From the NCBI RefSeq assembly GCF_016433145.1, contig NC_058136.1, positions 51,039,950-51,103,949 of the forward strand: a stretch of 64,000 nt of DNA, written 5' to 3'. Position 1 is the stretch's first letter, and every line of letters starts with the position of its first letter. The stretch is from Gracilinanus agilis (taxonomy: Eukaryota). A program made the translations under genes and the position numbers. Shown in pieces: positions 62,245-64,000 of the stretch. Under the pieces are notes generated by a model. It was not told the origin of the DNA. It did no database searches and saw only the letters and a program-made list of their open reading frames with translations.

Positions 62245-63237
62245 ACTCATTACTAGACCTTGTAGGGAAGCTACTTCGGTTTTTGTTTCTCATTTAATGG
62301 CTTCAGTTGGTGAATGGCTACTTATATGCCGAGTAGGTTTTAAGGAATGTTAAATATTAGCAGATGTTTTGGGTAGCCTTTTCAGGAAAGCAAAAGGCTA
62401 ATGTGACACGAGTGGGATAAATAGTGGGAATTGACAGTCATGAAATAGCCCTTTGTTATAGGATGCCCATCCGTTATGAAGTGCATAGTTGTTTTTTGGC
62501 CAATTTAAACCTCATCCATTGATGTCATTGTCCCATGTTAGCCAATGGTTCCTACTTTTGATTCTGTTGCTTTCTTGATGTCTTGAAATTCTGATCCCCT
62601 CGTCTTGTTAGCATTTTTGGTAGTGTTGGACCATAGCCACAGAACAGCTTGCAATACTGAGAAGCTCTTGTTGTTCATTTAGTAAAAAGAAAAGTAATTT
62701 CAAACCCATATGAACTTGGCCTGGGATCCTTGTTTTATTCCTCACTTTATATGCAGGTAATTAAGGCATTTAAAAATGAAAATCCAGTGCCTTCTGTATC
62801 TCCAAGTTACAGATGAATGGTTATTCTTCATTTAAGTGGCACTAAAGTGTGACTGTTTGTCCACAAGGGGATTGGAAACTCTATTAAAATGGATGGGACT
62901 GTTACTTTGCATGGCATTATAAAGAGAAGACAAAGTAAAAGATGTAGCAATTTATTCCTTAGCAATAGTTGCAATATTGAGTTGAGTGAATAGTTTGCCA
63001 AAATATAAATTATTGAATTAGGCTGATAAAACTAAGCCCGCCCTCCAAAAGTGTATTCTTACCTTGGGCAACTAGCATGAGAAGAAGTAAGCACACCCTC
63101 GCCTGTCTACATGAGATGACTCGGGCCTCCTGTTCAGTGATGATTATTCAGTAGCTTCGGAACTCGATCGGTTCATAGAACTTGAACTTATTTTAAAATT
63201 GAGACTGTGATTCTCTTGGTTGTTGCTCTTTTCCTTG

Positions 63238-63407
63238 AAGCACAGAAACTGGAAGGGACTTTCAAGGCCACCCAGTCCAATCTCTTCATTTATAAAGAAG
63301 CAAACTAAGACCCAGAGAGATGAAATCTCTTTAGGTAGCGAGCGGGGAAGCCAAAATCTGAACTCAAGGTGTCTCACTCCAAAATCGTTGTACTTTCTAC
63401 CGGCTTT
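63238..63407 (-). mobile_element. MIR3-type SINE
   Basis: ctggaagggactttcaaggccacccagtccaatctcttcattt...aaactaagacccagagag...ctgaactcaaggtgtctcactccaaa. Confidence 0.75.
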
Positions 63408-63484
63408 CAGTGCTGTCTGCCCCCGTGGATCATTTTATCTTGAATCTTTGACCAGTTAAATCAACTAAGTCCAGGCATCGTAAT

Positions 63485-63633
63485 AGGAATGACTTCCCTC
63501 TCAAAGAGACTTTACTTAGTATAAGAATATAAACTGCCAGAGACCTACACATGTCTGTAATTAGCTGCCATCTACGGGATAGCATAGCCCACTCTGATGA
63601 ACTGTCATCTGGAAGACAAATGTCTTATCAGCT
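63485..63633. repeat. Unassigned ~145-bp element, copy 2
   Basis: Shares ctcaaagagacttt, tataagaatataaactgcc, attagctgccatct and gaactgtcat.tggaagaca with copy 1. Confidence 0.9.
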
Positions 63634-64000
63634 CAGGGGCAAAAGCAGTCTCCACACAACACATTTCAGAGCCTCAAAACCATTTCATTTTCAAACAGGA
63701 AAGGGTCTTAGAGAGTATCTCCAGCCTCCTCCTCTGGCTACAGATACATCCCTAAGATAATTCCCTAAGTCAGTGCCACGTTATACTAATAGCTGCCAAT
63801 CTGTGCTTTGCACAGACAGCCCAATGACACTCCCATTGGGTAAAATAGGTCATAATTAAGCATTGTCACAGGAAAGCATGTTCTTATGAAATAAAGTGCT
63901 TTTCAAGTGAAACTTTATGCTTTCAGTGATCACGGTGATTACCCCTGTCCTAGTGCCATTGCTGTTCAACAGGGTCATACAGGAGGATGGTTTTAATAAT

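Larger units (their letters stand above)
60556..64000 (+). other. DIAPH2: 5' part of the U12-type intron; next exon (expected SF..AREQY..) is not in the window
   Basis: Starts at ATATCCTTT. No downstream formin-like peptide or TTCCTTAAC-type branch site followed by AC was seen before 64000. Confidence 0.7.

Noticed and set aside
63130-63190. Box C/D snoRNA at GTGATGA (63138) with a nearby gaactcgatcggttc palindrome
   Set aside because: No CTGA D box at a suitable distance and no properly registered terminal stem.
1-64000. CRISPR arrays, tRNA/rRNA genes, prokaryotic operons or defence systems
   Set aside because: The DNA is mammalian intron. Recurrent ~190-bp units are dispersed SINEs with individual TSDs, and the tRNA-like A/B boxes belong to SINE heads.

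Overview
AT-rich, CpG-depleted, repeat-dense marsupial genomic DNA. Near-consensus SINE1_Mdo/MAR1-type CORE-SINEs point to the opossum Monodelphis domestica or a close relative. The window is almost entirely intronic sequence of a diaphanous-related formin gene on the + strand, best matching DIAPH2. I find one coding exon, 60431-60555, encoding (V)SAQTLKSNLDAMEQQIARLESDITKFPKTEDKHDKFVEKMT of the FH2 domain. It is followed directly by a perfect minor-spliceosome (U12-type, AT-AC) donor, ATATCCTTT, with a G-run/CpG-rich tract and a cryptic GT donor just downstream. The rest is layered transposon fossils: L1, L2, L3/CR1, MIR/MAR1/SINE1-type SINEs, a 1.24-kb solo ERV LTR, four hAT MITEs with 8-bp TSDs plus one older hAT-like element, and several nested or same-site insertions. 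An unexplained ~145-bp element occurs twice inside the U12 intron. Apart from the DIAPH2 exon ORF, the supplied ORFs are chance frames or LINE fragments. I did not find a demonstrable new biological system; the best leads are listed under findings. Family names come from recognition by eye, not database searches. Boundaries of old repeats are approximate (tens of bp); TSD-bounded elements are close to exact.
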